DNA from: Pelagomonas calceolata
Taxonomy: Eukaryota
Length of the DNA: 64,000 nucleotides
Reading direction: 5' to 3'
Assembly: GCA_918797485.1 (NCBI GenBank)
Contig: CAKKNE010000006.1
Location: 3,534,001-3,598,000 of the forward strand
Shown: piece by piece, positions 29,984 to 40,939 of the stretch
Layout: each line of letters opens with the position of its first letter
Numbering within the stretch: the first letter of the stretch is position 1
The notes under the pieces: model-generated
The model's input: the letters and a program-made list of their open reading frames with translations, nothing else
Told to the model about the DNA's origin: nothing
Database searches by the model: none
Position numbers and translations under genes: made by a program

Positions 29984-31156
29984 ATGGCCGCCCTCGAGTC
30001 CGGCATCAAGGACGTGACGAACATGATGGAATCGGCCACCCTCCAGAAGCCGAAGCGCGCGGCGTCGCCGCCCCCCCGACCCAAGTCGGCGCACAACTCG
30101 CCGGTCCGCAAGGCCCTCTTCGTGCCCAAGGGCGCGTCGGAGATGAAGAAGCGCGAGCTCGCGGGCTCGTACGAGGACTTCACGCCGGAGCCCTTACTGA
30201 TGGAGAACCCGAACCGCTTCGTGCTCTTCCCGATCGAACACGCTGATGTCTGGGCTATGTACAAGAAAGCTGAGGCCAGCTTCTGGACGGCGGAGGAGAT
30301 CGACCTCTGCCACGACATGAAGGATTGGGAGCAGAAGCTTAATGACAAGGAGCGCCACTTCATCTCGACGGTGCTCGCGTTCTTCGCCGCTAGCGATGGC
30401 ATCGTGAACGAAAACTTAGCCCAAAATTTCGCCACTGAGGTCCAGTGGGCCGAGGCGCGCTGCTTCTACGGCTTCCAGATCGCTATCGAGAATATTCATA
30501 GTGAGGTCTACTCACTCCTGATCGATACCTACATCCGCGACCAGACCAAGAAGGCCGAGTGCCTCAACGCCATCGAGACGATGCCTTGTGTTAAGAAGAA
30601 GGCTGATTGGGCCCTCCGCTGGTGCGACGCCGACCGCTCGTCCTTCGCCGAGCGCATCGTGGCCTTTGCCGCGGTGGAAGGCATCTTCTTCTCGGGCTCC
30701 TTCTGCGCCGTGTTTTGGTTGAAGAAGCGCGGCCTAATGCCGGGGCTCTGCTTCTCGAACGAGCTCATCTCGCGCGACGAAGGCATGCACTGCGACTTCG
30801 CCTGCTTATTGTATTCCAAGCTCCGCAACAAGCTCTCCGTCGAGACGCTCTACGAGTTGATTGGAGACGCCGTGACGATCGAGAAGGAGTTCGTGACGTC
30901 GGCCCTGCCCGTCGAGCTCATCGGCATGAACTCCAAGACGATGTGCACGTACATCGAGTTCTGCGCCGACCGCCTCCTCCTCGCGCTCGGCGCGCCCAAG
31001 CTCTACAACGCCGTCAACCCCTTCGACTGGATGGAGCTCATCTCGCTCCAGGGCAAGACGAACTTCTTCGAGAAGCGCGTCGGCGAGTACGCCAAGTCGG
31101 GCGTCGGCGTCAAGGAGGAGGACAAGCAGTTCACGACCGAGGACCTCGACTTCTAA
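29984..31156 (+). CDS. RNR2: Ribonucleoside-diphosphate reductase small subunit
   Basis: [45 protein letters not shown]. Confidence 0.97.
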   Translation: MAALESGIKDVTNMMESATLQKPKRAASPPPRPKSAHNSPVRKALFVPKGASEMKKRELAGSYEDFTPEPLLMENPNRFVLFPIEHADVWAMYKKAEASFWTAEEIDLCHDMKDWEQKLNDKERHFISTVLAFFAASDGIVNENLAQNFATEVQWAEARCFYGFQIAIENIHSEVYSLLIDTYIRDQTKKAECLNAIETMPCVKKKADWALRWCDADRSSFAERIVAFAAVEGIFFSGSFCAVFWLKKRGLMPGLCFSNELISRDEGMHCDFACLLYSKLRNKLSVETLYELIGDAVTIEKEFVTSALPVELIGMNSKTMCTYIEFCADRLLLALGAPKLYNAVNPFDWMELISLQGKTNFFEKRVGEYAKSGVGVKEEDKQFTTEDLDF

Positions 31157-31232
31157 GCTGCCCGTCATCATGCCGTTCCCCGCGCGACGACCTAGATCCG
31201 CGAGTCGGGGGCACCTCACTAAGCTATTCGTG

Positions 31233-32030
31233 TTAATTTACGCCCTCGACGCGACAAGCCTCACCGCGAAGCGCGGCGCATAGATTGCACCCCCGCCGCA
31301 CCCTGTCGTGGTAGACACCCTCAGCCTCGACGCGCCGCACCACCACGGCCTCGTAGAATGCGTCGCAGGCGCCTTCACTCTCAGCGAGCCGTAAGACTGA
31401 AGAAGGGTCGTCGAGCACCAGGTGATAGGACACGCGTTCCCGGATGGCCGCGAAGACGCGGCGGAAGTAGTCCGCCAGACAAGACGCGCAGACGTGCTCG
31501 TCGTCGACTTTTCGAGCGCCAGCTCTGAGAGCCTCCAGGGCGTCCGGATCGGCGTTCGCCTTGTCCAGGGCCTCCGGCGCCGACGCCGCGTTTACCACCA
31601 GGTGCGTCGCGCCCTCTGTCAACCCTGGATAGTACCACTCGACGATTGGCGTGTCCCATAGGAGTACGATGGCGCCCGTCGCCCAGAGGTGGTTCAGGTT
31701 GCGCGAGTAGCTGCCGCCGGTCTGGCCCCTATATGCGTACAATCAATGGCGTATCAAGGGAAAGGACGCTGATACACATACGGTAAATTGAGCACGTACT
31801 TGTACGACGCGTAGTCCAGGGCGTCGGACCATTCGTTTGTAGACACCTGATCCGGGTACCTCACGACCAGGGAAGACGCCTCGTCCAACCAGGCCCGCTC
31901 CTCCCCAAAAACGCAGGTGTGGTTTATCGGAGGATCAACAATCTGCGAACACCTCACGTCGAACAAATCGGGACGCTTCGCCGACAGCGCCGCCCCGAGC
32001 AGCCGCGCGCGGTTGCCGCTGTTCACACGT
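31233..32030 (-). CDS. Glycosyltransferase family 90 (CAP10-like), 3' part only; intron 31729-31781; may be a truncated pseudogene
   Basis: YKYVLNLP|GQTGGSYSRNL...EWYYPGL. The 53-nt GT-AG intron restores the frame. No 5' part was found. Confidence 0.65.
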
Positions 32031-32254
32031 TCGCAATGAGGGCGAATTACGCGGCAGTGCTCTACAATGACCCCGACGCCACGCTCGACGATCTCCGCGA
32101 GGCAGTGTCGACGCTCGAGGACGTGGTACAGATAATGAGGCGCGTTCTTGGAAAATCGCACCCGGCAGCAGTGCAGATTGAGACATCCCTGGGATACGCG
32201 CGAGCCGCGCTCCGCGCCCGCGAAACGCCGCCGCCGCCGCCGGGGAGCGCGTAA
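32030..32254 (+). pseudogene. Orphan C-terminal fragment of a helical/TPR-like protein
   Basis: TLDDLREAVSTLED...RRVLGKSHP resembles kinesin-light-chain-type TPR repeats. No plausible 5' region; abuts the GT90 fragment on the opposite strand. Confidence 0.5.
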
Positions 32255-32660
32255 GCAATGGTAGCATATCGCAGCTCGGACGAAAACCATCACAAGTCCC
32301 CACGCGCCGCGCTGCAGGGGACTTCGCGTCCGGGCCAAACCAGCCAAACACGGTCCCGCCGCCACGCGAGGCCTCCGCTCACCACAGCGGACTCTAATAA
32401 GCTTCAGACGTTGGTTGAACAGGCTACTAGGAATAAGGGGAGAGCGGAGTGCCCTCGATCGAGAGCGTCGACACAGAAACGAGACCACGTTCGAGCACGC
32501 GGCCGCCGCGCCCGCCACGGCCGTGGGACAAGCGCTCCGCACGCATTACCCACCGCCGCAACAGCCCGCACGCCAAACGGTGCCATTCGCTGCGCCAACA
32601 AGTACAACACGCAGCCCCGCGTCGCTACAACACGCAGCCCCGCGCCGCCGCGGCGCCGCG

Positions 32661-33758
32661 ATGCTTCCAAAGCTGGAGAAGCCGCGCAGCCCCACGAGCA
32701 TCCTCGAGAGTGCAGCAGCCGCCGTGGCCCTCGTCGTCACCGCGCGGCGCGGCCTCGTCGTCCGCGCGGGCGTCGAACTCAAGTCAGCAGAGGTCGCGAA
32801 ACTAGACAAGGGCGTGCGCTGCTTGGCTGATGAGGAACGGGACAGTGATGGCAAAAGACGAGTGCGTTTGATAAACCCCATCAAGGGCTGGGCCTCGCGG
32901 AAGTGCCTGCGCGCGGCGTGGGCCGAGGAGGCGAAAGCGACGGGCTGCGTGCGCTGGGTCGTCGATGTTATGAAGTGGACTCCATCTGATCAGGAATTCG
33001 ACTTCCTGCTCGCATTGATCCCGGAGGCGCCCGAGCGCGACGCCGTGACGCGCTACAAGCAGGTCGACGACCGCAAGCGCGCCCTCGTCAGTCGCTTGTT
33101 GATCCGACGCTGCGCGTCACTATGTCTCAACCTCGACCAGCTCGCCTCGATCAAAGTCGCGCGAACGAAAGGTAGAAAGCCCTTCCTCAAACATGCGACC
33201 AAGCCTGATGATCGTCTTAATTTCAACGTGAACGTGTCCCACGAGGGCCGTTATGTGGTCCTGGCGGCGGAGCCCTGGTGCCTCTGTGGGATTGACGTCG
33301 CGGCGCCCCGCGACACCAAGCTCGACTCGTTGAAGCAGACGCTGACGGCGACGGAGTGGGCCTTCGTGGATGGCGACGACAAGCGGTTCCGAGCGTTGTG
33401 GGCCTGCAAGGAGGCCTTCACGAAGGCGCGCGGCGACGGGCTGGGGTTTCCGTTCGCAGACGCGGAGTTTACTCTGATCTATGATGGAGACGCCTCCTTC
33501 GAAGCTTCTGTCGCGGTTGATGGTGCCACATTGCCCGACTGGCGGTTTCGCGGAGAGACTCTGAATGACCACGTCTGCGTCGCGGCGCGCGGACCCGTAT
33601 CTGCGATAGTGGACGGCGAGGGCGCCTTCCGCCGCACGATGGCCGCGCCCTTGCCGGCGGGCGCCCTCGACGCGCCCTGGCCCGCCTTCTCATATCTAAC
33701 GCCGCGGGACCTCGTGCCCGACGGCCGCGCGGCCGCGCTCGCCGCGCTCTCTAGCTAG
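32661..33758 (+). CDS. Sfp/AASDHPPT-type 4'-phosphopantetheinyl transferase with N-terminal SH3-like extension
   Basis: RTKGRKPFL, NVSHEG, GIDV, WACKEAFTKARGDG. Confidence 0.88.
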   Translation: MLPKLEKPRSPTSILESAAAAVALVVTARRGLVVRAGVELKSAEVAKLDKGVRCLADEERDSDGKRRVRLINPIKGWASRKCLRAAWAEEAKATGCVRWVVDVMKWTPSDQEFDFLLALIPEAPERDAVTRYKQVDDRKRALVSRLLIRRCASLCLNLDQLASIKVARTKGRKPFLKHATKPDDRLNFNVNVSHEGRYVVLAAEPWCLCGIDVAAPRDTKLDSLKQTLTATEWAFVDGDDKRFRALWACKEAFTKARGDGLGFPFADAEFTLIYDGDASFEASVAVDGATLPDWRFRGETLNDHVCVAARGPVSAIVDGEGAFRRTMAAPLPAGALDAPWPAFSYLTPRDLVPDGRAAALAALSS

Positions 33759-33807
33759 CTGCTCCCTGCCCCTCTCCCCCTGTCGTCTAAGAACTTGTAT
33801 ACAAATG

Positions 33808-34539
33808 TTATTTCGGCCTACGGAGCGTCGCGAGCACCGCGTCCTTCGACAGCTTCTCGCCCGCCAGGGGCTCGCTTGTCACCCGAAAGCCGTGCTCGTC
33901 GGCGCAACGGTCGAAGAAGGTCTGCTCGCGGCCGTGGCGGACTTTGTAGCCGATAATTGCGTCCGTGGCGAAGAACGCGAGCGTATCAGCCAGAGCCGCG
34001 TACTGCGACGGCTCGTAGAGGACCTCGGACGCGACGACGAGGTCGAACGGCGGCTCCGACCGAAAAGCGTCGAGATCGTCGGCGTCGCCCCAGAGCAGCT
34101 TCTCGGCGCGCGCCGTCGGCGCGTCGTTGAGCGCGACGTTCCGCCGCAGGAACTCGAGCGTCGAGATACTATCAGCGCCTTTGCTGAAGCGCGTCGGCAG
34201 GCCCGGGTCCGTCAGCGTGACCTCGGCTTTCGTCGCCAGCGCGAGGCCGATGCCCAACAGCCCGACGCCGCTGCCCAGCTCGAGGACCCGCGGCGGCCGC
34301 CCCAGCGTTGTTTCGAGAGCCGGCACGGTCGCCTCAGATAAATGCTGCAGCAAGGGCACGGCGCAGGGCCAGGGCCGCAGGCCCGACCGGTCCGCCACGC
34401 GCTGGCCCTGGCGCGGCTGCGGGACCGGTGTGTCGAAGTAGTGCTGATCGTACGTGACGGACACGCGGCCGACGTCAACGGTCGTTCGTGTTATCGCGGA
34501 CGCGGTGGCAACCACATGGCACAATATGTGCGCTCGCAT
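33808..34539 (-). CDS. SAM-dependent methyltransferase (Methyltransf_16 / METTL21-like)
   Basis: GLRPWP, VLELGSGVG, LTD, LLWG, DLVVASEVLY. Confidence 0.85.
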   Translation of the reverse strand: MRAHILCHVVATASAITRTTVDVGRVSVTYDQHYFDTPVPQPRQGQRVADRSGLRPWPCAVPLLQHLSEATVPALETTLGRPPRVLELGSGVGLLGIGLALATKAEVTLTDPGLPTRFSKGADSISTLEFLRRNVALNDAPTARAEKLLWGDADDLDAFRSEPPFDLVVASEVLYEPSQYAALADTLAFFATDAIIGYKVRHGREQTFFDRCADEHGFRVTSEPLAGEKLSKDAVLATLRRPK

Positions 34540-34715
34540 GGCCGCCTTGCCTCTGCAGTGGTGCGAGGCTCTCCGGACGCTCTCGTGATTTACGGCTATG
34601 GAGCCGCCGAACGGATGCAAATTGCGGCCGCGGCTATGGCAGGAGACCGTGAACGAACACTTGCGCAGCCTTAGATGGTGTCCGGTCTCTCACACAAGCG
34701 GCTCGGCGTCTTTGG

Positions 34716-34738
34716 GCTAGTGTCTTACGGTCGCTAGC
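34716..34738 (+). promoter_or_regulatory. CTAG-TGTCTTA-CTAG promoter element
   Basis: GCTAGTGTCTTACGGTCGCTAGC; centre of a divergent gap. Confidence 0.7.
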
Positions 34739-34884
34739 TAGAAGCTATTGCGTCGACGGCGGCGCCTCCTGCTGATACTAGACTGTGTGCAAGCGCTGGA
34801 GTTCAAGCTTTCACCCGCCACACGCTTACTGCGATCGCTGGTGCGCTGAGATTGGGAGCACTGCAAGCAAGCAAAAAGAAGCAG

Positions 34885-37260
34885 ATGGCCGCCGAGCGCC
34901 GCAGCGGCGCCGCGGCAAGGTGCTGGCAGGCGTGCACGGCCTGGTGCGCACTGCCGGCCGCATGGGTCGGCGTCGCGGTCCTCGTCGCCGTCGGCTGCCT
35001 CCTCGGCTCCTTACAGGTCGCCGTGGCGCTGGTCGTACTGATCTTCTCCCCGATTCTGCGACGGTGCATGCTCGCTCTGGTAAGACACGTCTACCCGACG
35101 GAGGCCGGCCGCATCCACGTCTGGAGTCTGCTGTGGTTGAGAAGGTGGTGGTTGAGAGATAGGCGCCACGCGCGACCGTTACGAGTAGACTTACGCCCCC
35201 ATTGCAACGACGAAGAAAGGTGGGTGGCGTCCGACGCCGAGCCGCGGTGCTCCATCCACATTGTCGCTGGTTTACTGGACAACTACAGTTATATTCTCGT
35301 GGATAGGACCTCGGAAGATGTCCTGACGTGTTGTATTGTGGACCCGGGCGACGCCGACGCCGTCCTCGAGGCCCTAGCTGAATTGAGAGAGCAGCACTAC
35401 GACCGCACAAGCACCGGGGTACGCGTCGAGTCCATCCTCGTCACGCACAAGCACTGGGACCATCAGGCCGGGGTGAGGAAATTAGTGAGAGTGGAGCACA
35501 TCACCCAGGTCTTCGCCGGTCAAAATGAACCGGTCAAGGGCGTGACGCACAAACTAAAACCGTACGAGCGGTTTAGTGTAGGCTCGTTGATTCTGGAAGC
35601 CGTACCGAGCCCCTGCCACACGCAGGGCCACACGATGTTCGCCTTACTTGACTCAAGTGAAGGAAGAGTCGAAGCTTTATTTTCAGGAGACACCTTATTT
35701 TGTGGCGGGTGCGGCGCGCCCTTCGAAGGGCCTTCAGAGCACGTCGCGTACAACTTCCGGGCCTTGTATCATAGATGTGATGACGCCACGTTACTTTTCC
35801 CGGGCCACGAGTACTCGGAAACGTTACTGTTGGAGTATTTTGGAGGAGGACAGCCAACACCAGGCACGGCGAGACACTTCTCGGCGCTCTGCGACGCGCT
35901 GCAGCGGACGCGCGACCGGCTGGCTCATTCATTACCGTCGGTACCCGTCGTGCTCGGGGACGAGGTCATGTACAACCAGCACTTTTTGAGTTTACACTCT
36001 TCGGTTGGTGTGGTGTGCGACGCGTGGCGCGTGTTTAGTAGAGCGGTGTTGCGGCAGGCTTCACAATACAGTCAGCCGCCGGAGGCGCCGCAGCGCACGG
36101 CGTCCACTCTGAGAAGGTTGCTCGAGGGCGTGCAGCAGCCGATGCTCGAGAGCGGCGCGCCGCCGGCCGCCGACGCGACGCCGGCCGACGCCGACCCTTT
36201 GCTCGAGGCGTCCTTCACCGAGGAGGACCACGCTTTGGAATTGGTGGATCTCGCGCGGCCGCGGCAACGGCGACCCACACGAGACGTCGTCCGCCACCGC
36301 GTGGTCTGTCGGAGGAACTGGAAGCCCGGAGATAGGGTGCAGTTGCGGGTCTCCGGCGTCGACTTGGAGTGTACGGTGCCGGACGGCGCGAGCCCTGGTC
36401 AGGAGTTCGTTGCAAGGGTAGAGAGAGCTCGCCTGCCTTCGCTCATTGCACTCGATAGGAGGGATTTTGATCCATCCATGCAGCGCGTCTGGCGCCGCGA
36501 TTTGGAGAGGTTGCAGTCCTTACTCCAAGCACAACGCTACGACCGCGCCGATACTCTCTCGAGGAAGCTGTTGGGGGACCCTTTGAGGGATGCGCGGGAC
36601 TGGTCGCAGACGCCGGGGAGTGCTGCCAAACGTAGAGCCACGACGCACCTCGCGCCGGCGCACTACCATACGAGCGACGAGCCGCAGGCCGACGCCGCCG
36701 CCGCGTTATTAGACGAGGAGCCCTGGGATGCCGGTGATGTGGATCTGAGAGCGACGGCCCCCTTCGACGACGGGGGCTTCGCCGACGCGTCCAATCATCA
36801 ACGGCGTCCGCTGCCCGTCGCGACGGCCTACGGCGACATCATGACCCGGGAGTCCTTCCTCTTCGATCCCTCGTCTCCCTCAAATTGGCGCGAGGAACTG
36901 CGCGAGGCGTCGCATCTGCGAGCGGCCTTGGCGTGCCTGGCTTCCCTAAACCACCGCGACGGCGACCCTACTCTTTTCCGGGATTTGGAGGGTGAGGAGG
37001 ACGACGCCGAGTGCACGGACGCGGACTTGAGACGGGCATTGACAACCTTAGGGTCGCGGCCCCTGACGCACGCCCAGGTCACGGATCTGCTGGCCGTGGC
37101 GGCCTTGTGTGGGGCGGCCGACGGCGGCGCGCCCTCGTCGCGGCGCCGCGGCGGCGCGCCCGTGCCCGTGCGCGCGCGGCGCCTCGCTTCCGTGTTGGCG
37201 ACGGACCGCGGGGTTGAGGTCGCGAAGCCGCGAAGGTTTTGTGGGTGTTGCGCGGTTTGA
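34885..37260 (+). CDS. Membrane-anchored glyoxalase II / PNKD-like metallo-beta-lactamase with long C-terminal extension
   Basis: DNYSY, THKHWDH, PCHTQGH, FSGDTLF.GGCG, GHEYS; N-terminal transmembrane segments. Confidence 0.82.
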   Translation: MAAERRSGAAARCWQACTAWCALPAAWVGVAVLVAVGCLLGSLQVAVALVVLIFSPILRRCMLALVRHVYPTEAGRIHVWSLLWLRRWWLRDRRHARPLRVDLRPHCNDEERWVASDAEPRCSIHIVAGLLDNYSYILVDRTSEDVLTCCIVDPGDADAVLEALAELREQHYDRTSTGVRVESILVTHKHWDHQAGVRKLVRVEHITQVFAGQNEPVKGVTHKLKPYERFSVGSLILEAVPSPCHTQGHTMFALLDSSEGRVEALFSGDTLFCGGCGAPFEGPSEHVAYNFRALYHRCDDATLLFPGHEYSETLLLEYFGGGQPTPGTARHFSALCDALQRTRDRLAHSLPSVPVVLGDEVMYNQHFLSLHSSVGVVCDAWRVFSRAVLRQASQYSQPPEAPQRTASTLRRLLEGVQQPMLESGAPPAADATPADADPLLEASFTEEDHALELVDLARPRQRRPTRDVVRHRVVCRRNWKPGDRVQLRVSGVDLECTVPDGASPGQEFVARVERARLPSLIALDRRDFDPSMQRVWRRDLERLQSLLQAQRYDRADTLSRKLLGDPLRDARDWSQTPGSAAKRRATTHLAPAHYHTSDEPQADAAAALLDEEPWDAGDVDLRATAPFDDGGFADASNHQRRPLPVATAYGDIMTRESFLFDPSSPSNWREELREASHLRAALACLASLNHRDGDPTLFRDLEGEEDDAECTDADLRRALTTLGSRPLTHAQVTDLLAVAALCGAADGGAPSSRRRGGAPVPVRARRLASVLATDRGVEVAKPRRFCGCCAV

Positions 37261-37481
37261 GGCCCCCCAGCCTTCTTCGCTCCGCTATTTTTTAGGTGTG
37301 TTCTAACTAATGTCGTGATAACATAGCGCCCGGGTTTTGCACCTTGTCAAAACACGTTTTACAGCGCTGCGCGTGAAGTCAGCTTCACGCGCGTGAGAGC
37401 CGCGGCGCGACGCCATCGGTGCGACAAACTAACCGCTGTAGCTGAAACTGGGCCACACTGTCATCCTGGCCCATTGGTAAA

Positions 37482-38219
37482 ATGATGTCTCCCAGCCGCG
37501 CCGGCCGGCGCCGCCCGTCCGAGATTAATCTGCCGCAAAAGAGCCCGACGAAGATCGAGCCCTGGACGCCGCGCCGCCGCCGGCCGCGCAAGGCGTGCGT
37601 CGACCGGCCGTTCGTGCGGGCGTGCTTCTACGTCCTGGCGCTGAGCGTCTGGCCGACGTGCATCTACCTCCAGAGCACGCGCTGGAGCGAGGAGTGGGAT
37701 GCGACCGCGCGCGTTGAACGCGGCGACCTGCGAACACACGAGGCCTTCCACGCGCTCGACCCCATTCTCGTGGTCAACCGGAGAGAGTACGTGCCGAACG
37801 CCGACATCGGCATGGCACCGCCGGGCATGGGTGACGGGTGGGACCGTACACACTCGGAACTGTACGGCCTCGGCACGGAAAGGCCCGTCGAGCTCTTCTA
37901 CAAGCTCGTGTTGGTAGATATTGCAAAAAAGTCGGCCGTGCCTTTGTGCCAGTTCGTCCACACGGGGGACATGCACCGCATGCTGCACGACGCGCACTTG
38001 CGAGCTGACGGCCGCGGCATCGACTACTCCGGAGTCAACTTGGACGTCATGAAGGTCATCGACCGGCGCCTCTACGACCCGATCACAAATCAACTGAAGC
38101 GGGCCGTCGAGACCGGCAGAGGGGCGAATGCTGCCCTGGCCGAGGCGCGGCGCACGAAGCTCACGAAACACCACCCAGAACTCGCCCAACTCGTGGAGGA
38201 CGTGCGGCGGATACACTAA
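37482..38219 (+). CDS. Hypothetical single-pass membrane protein
   Basis: 245-aa GC3-rich ORF with one hydrophobic helix. Confidence 0.55.
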   Translation: MMSPSRAGRRRPSEINLPQKSPTKIEPWTPRRRRPRKACVDRPFVRACFYVLALSVWPTCIYLQSTRWSEEWDATARVERGDLRTHEAFHALDPILVVNRREYVPNADIGMAPPGMGDGWDRTHSELYGLGTERPVELFYKLVLVDIAKKSAVPLCQFVHTGDMHRMLHDAHLRADGRGIDYSGVNLDVMKVIDRRLYDPITNQLKRAVETGRGANAALAEARRTKLTKHHPELAQLVEDVRRIH

Positions 38220-38226
38220 GAACACA

Positions 38227-39402
38227 TTATTTATCCCACTCTACTAAACTCGGCGACGGCGGCGTAGGTCGTCTTCGTTCGACCAACTCGGACAGCGTCC
38301 CGACCTCGTACTCCTTCACTAGACGGGGACACAACTCGCGGAAGACCTGCACGTTGTTCCGCCGGTCGTGGGTTTCCCGCAGGTCGGGCGTGTGCAGCAG
38401 CACGATACTTCCGGGCCGCGCCTTCTCCAGCACGAAGTCCACGAGCCAGTCCACGCTCCGGACCGCCGTGTCCAGCGGGAACACGTCCGCGAGCGCGACG
38501 CGATACCCCAAGCGATTTAGAGGATCGAGCATCTCCTCGTTCAGGTAGCCGCGCGGCGGCCGGAACCAGCGCCATTTTCTCCGGCGCCAGGTCGGGTCGA
38601 GCCGCGCCAGGAGGTCGTCGCACCGCAAAAAATCCTTCTCGAACGCCTCGCCCGTCATGCCGTAGCACGACACGTCGTCGCACATGTGGTTGCCCAGCTC
38701 GTGGCCTTCGCGGACCGCTCGCTCCAGCAGCTGCCGCCGCGCGTAAGTAGAGCAGAAGTCGGCAATCACAAAAAACGTCGCCTTGACGCCGCACGCTTTC
38801 AGGGCGTCGAGCACCGGACCCAGCAGGTCGGAAGGGGCGTCGTCGATCGTCAAAGCGATTCTTCTAGAACCGGGACGCACAGGGACGTGCGTCAGCGCGT
38901 CGCGGAACGCCGGGAGCCTCCTTTTTAATCGTTCGCCGAGCTGCCGTGGATCACTAATACGATGCGCCGCGGACCAGAGGGCGCGCGCGATGGGCTCCGA
39001 CCACTTCGGGGGCGACGCGTCTTGTGGGGCCTCCGGCTCGGTCGATACGTCTGGTTGTTGCCGCGCCAGCGCCAAGTCGACGTCGCGGCGGCTCGGCGCG
39101 GACTTGCGGCGCGCCGCGCGCTCCTCGAGGCCAAGCTCTTTCGCACGGGCCGCAAGCGCGCCGGCGTCGTCGCCGGCAGCGTACGTGGCGGTGCTCCGCG
39201 CGTCCGGTTCGGGCTGTGGTGCGTCGGGTTCGCTCCACCAGAACGTGGGACGTCTCTGAGTCTCATCCTGCGCTGTCGCTGCGGCTGCGACCGGTTCAGG
39301 CTGTGTTGGCGTCGGTGCAGCGGTGGTCTCGCCCCAGCGCCAAAACGAGGCCGTCTGCGTCTCGTCCTGCGGTGTCGGCTCGCCCCAGCTCCAGAACGAC
39401 AT
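38227..39402 (-). CDS. Polysaccharide deacetylase (NodB / CE4)
   Basis: LTIDDAP, ATFFV, HELGNH, WFRPP.G, GSIVLLH. Confidence 0.85.
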   Translation of the reverse strand: MSFWSWGEPTPQDETQTASFWRWGETTAAPTPTQPEPVAAAATAQDETQRRPTFWWSEPDAPQPEPDARSTATYAAGDDAGALAARAKELGLEERAARRKSAPSRRDVDLALARQQPDVSTEPEAPQDASPPKWSEPIARALWSAAHRISDPRQLGERLKRRLPAFRDALTHVPVRPGSRRIALTIDDAPSDLLGPVLDALKACGVKATFFVIADFCSTYARRQLLERAVREGHELGNHMCDDVSCYGMTGEAFEKDFLRCDDLLARLDPTWRRRKWRWFRPPRGYLNEEMLDPLNRLGYRVALADVFPLDTAVRSVDWLVDFVLEKARPGSIVLLHTPDLRETHDRRNNVQVFRELCPRLVKEYEVGTLSELVERRRPTPPSPSLVEWDK

Positions 39403-39593
39403 TTTTAACCCCTCTGGTGCGCGTATTTCGATCCGTACGAGTGGGAGAGGCGTCTGCCACCCAAGCTCACAGATGGGTTTGCCGGCCTTAGCGCTGCTCG
39501 GAGGCGTCGGCGCTGCACTGTGGCTATCCAGTGGGGCTGCTCAGCCGACCACTTGCAACGCTGTCGCGCTGCGCGAGTTATGCGGTCGCGCGC

Positions 39594-39613
39594 GCTAGCT
39601 GAAAGACACTAGC
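39594..39613 (-). promoter_or_regulatory. CTAG-TGTCTT-CTAG promoter element, short spacer
   Basis: Reverse complement reads GCTAGTGTCTTTCAGCTAGC; divergent gap. Confidence 0.65.
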
Positions 39614-39754
39614 AAAAAAGCAGCTCTCACGATCCACGGAGAGCACCTCTCAAAAAGTGCTTCCCACGCCACACCAGAACGCTCCTCGTCATTATTAGCT
39701 GTCTCGCAGTGCACCTGTCACTTGGACGTGATCGCTGCGACCCAGCAGAGCAAG

Positions 39755-40393
39755 ATGCGCTACCTTGCAGCCCTGCTCCTAGCCACAGCAAACGCAGCCG
39801 ATGTGTGCTCAAACACGCAAGCCATCGATGGTCAGCAGTTCCCAGACTGGATCAAGTCCGGTGGTTCGACAAGGCAATTAACTGGAGGCGGCACTAGGTA
39901 CAAGTATGGAGTCGCGAAAGTCTACGCGCTCGGGCTGTACATCGACGAAGGCGTTGCGACTGGCGCCCTCTCGAAGTTTGCTGGCAAAGAAGGCAAGCAG
40001 CTCGCCGCCGACCAGAAATTCCACGACGCCGTGATCCAAGGCAAATTCGGAAAGACGCTCCTCCTGCAGTTCCACCGCGCGGTCGGTGGCGAGAAGGTCG
40101 CCGAGGCCCTCAAGGACTCGTTGTCGGATAAGCTTGATGCCAAAACTCTGGAGGCGTTCAAGGACAAGCTCTTCGGGGTCATCTCGAACGGCGTCAACAA
40201 GGGCACGAAGCTCTACTTCGAGTGCTCCGGCGGCGATGTGGGCATCTCCGTCGATTCTCTCAAAGCCCAGGCGAAGGCACCAGCCACAGTCTGCGACGCT
40301 CTCTTGAAGACGTACTACGGCAAGGCGCCGGTCAGCGCGCAGGCCAAGGAGGGCATGGCCCACGGGTTCGCGGCGCTCGCGGCGGCGGCGTAG
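39755..40393 (+). CDS. Chalcone-isomerase-fold (fatty-acid-binding-like) protein with signal peptide
   Basis: G.G.RYK...KVYALGLY near the N-terminus and Y.G..PVS..AK near the C-terminus. Confidence 0.8.
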   Translation: MRYLAALLLATANAADVCSNTQAIDGQQFPDWIKSGGSTRQLTGGGTRYKYGVAKVYALGLYIDEGVATGALSKFAGKEGKQLAADQKFHDAVIQGKFGKTLLLQFHRAVGGEKVAEALKDSLSDKLDAKTLEAFKDKLFGVISNGVNKGTKLYFECSGGDVGISVDSLKAQAKAPATVCDALLKTYYGKAPVSAQAKEGMAHGFAALAAAA

Positions 40394-40438
40394 AGGTGTC
40401 TAATTTGACCCCTCTCGAGATATACTTAAACAACAGAA

Positions 40439-40939
40439 CTAGGGAGGCGGCGTCCGGCTCCGCCGCCGCGCCGGCCCGGAAGAAAAGGCCTCGGCGTCGA
40501 TCTCGCCGGCTTGGGCCCGCCCGTGCGCCTCCAATGCAGCGAGGCTGTTGGACGACGCCCGCGCGTCGATGGCCGCGACCTCGGCCGCGCGCCAGCGGTG
40601 GAAGGCGCGGTAGCCGCTCAGCGAGAAGATCGTCTGGACGCCGTTCGAGTGCTCGTTGAGTTTCGCGAGGTCGCCGGGCGTCGTCGCGGCGCAGAAGGCG
40701 TCGAAGTCTTTGTCCTCGGCGGCCTTCTCGCGCTTCTTCGACTGCTTGCGCGGCCGTTTTTTTGGAGGCAGCTTCGCGGGCGGCGCGCCGTCGGCCGTCG
40801 GCGGTCCTAATAAAGGCGCTCTTTTGCGGCTCTTCGTCGAGCCCGATTTCCGACGTTCGTCCTCGGCCTCGCGCTCCATGAGCGCTCTCAGCTTCTTCAG
40901 TTCTCGCGCGCTGAGGCCCATGGCTTCTAGGTCGTCCAT
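40439..40939 (-). CDS. Hypothetical basic protein
   Basis: 166-aa ORF with GC3 bias and NLS-like PPKKRPRK. Confidence 0.5.
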   Translation of the reverse strand: MDDLEAMGLSARELKKLRALMEREAEDERRKSGSTKSRKRAPLLGPPTADGAPPAKLPPKKRPRKQSKKREKAAEDKDFDAFCAATTPGDLAKLNEHSNGVQTIFSLSGYRAFHRWRAAEVAAIDARASSNSLAALEAHGRAQAGEIDAEAFSSGPARRRSRTPPP

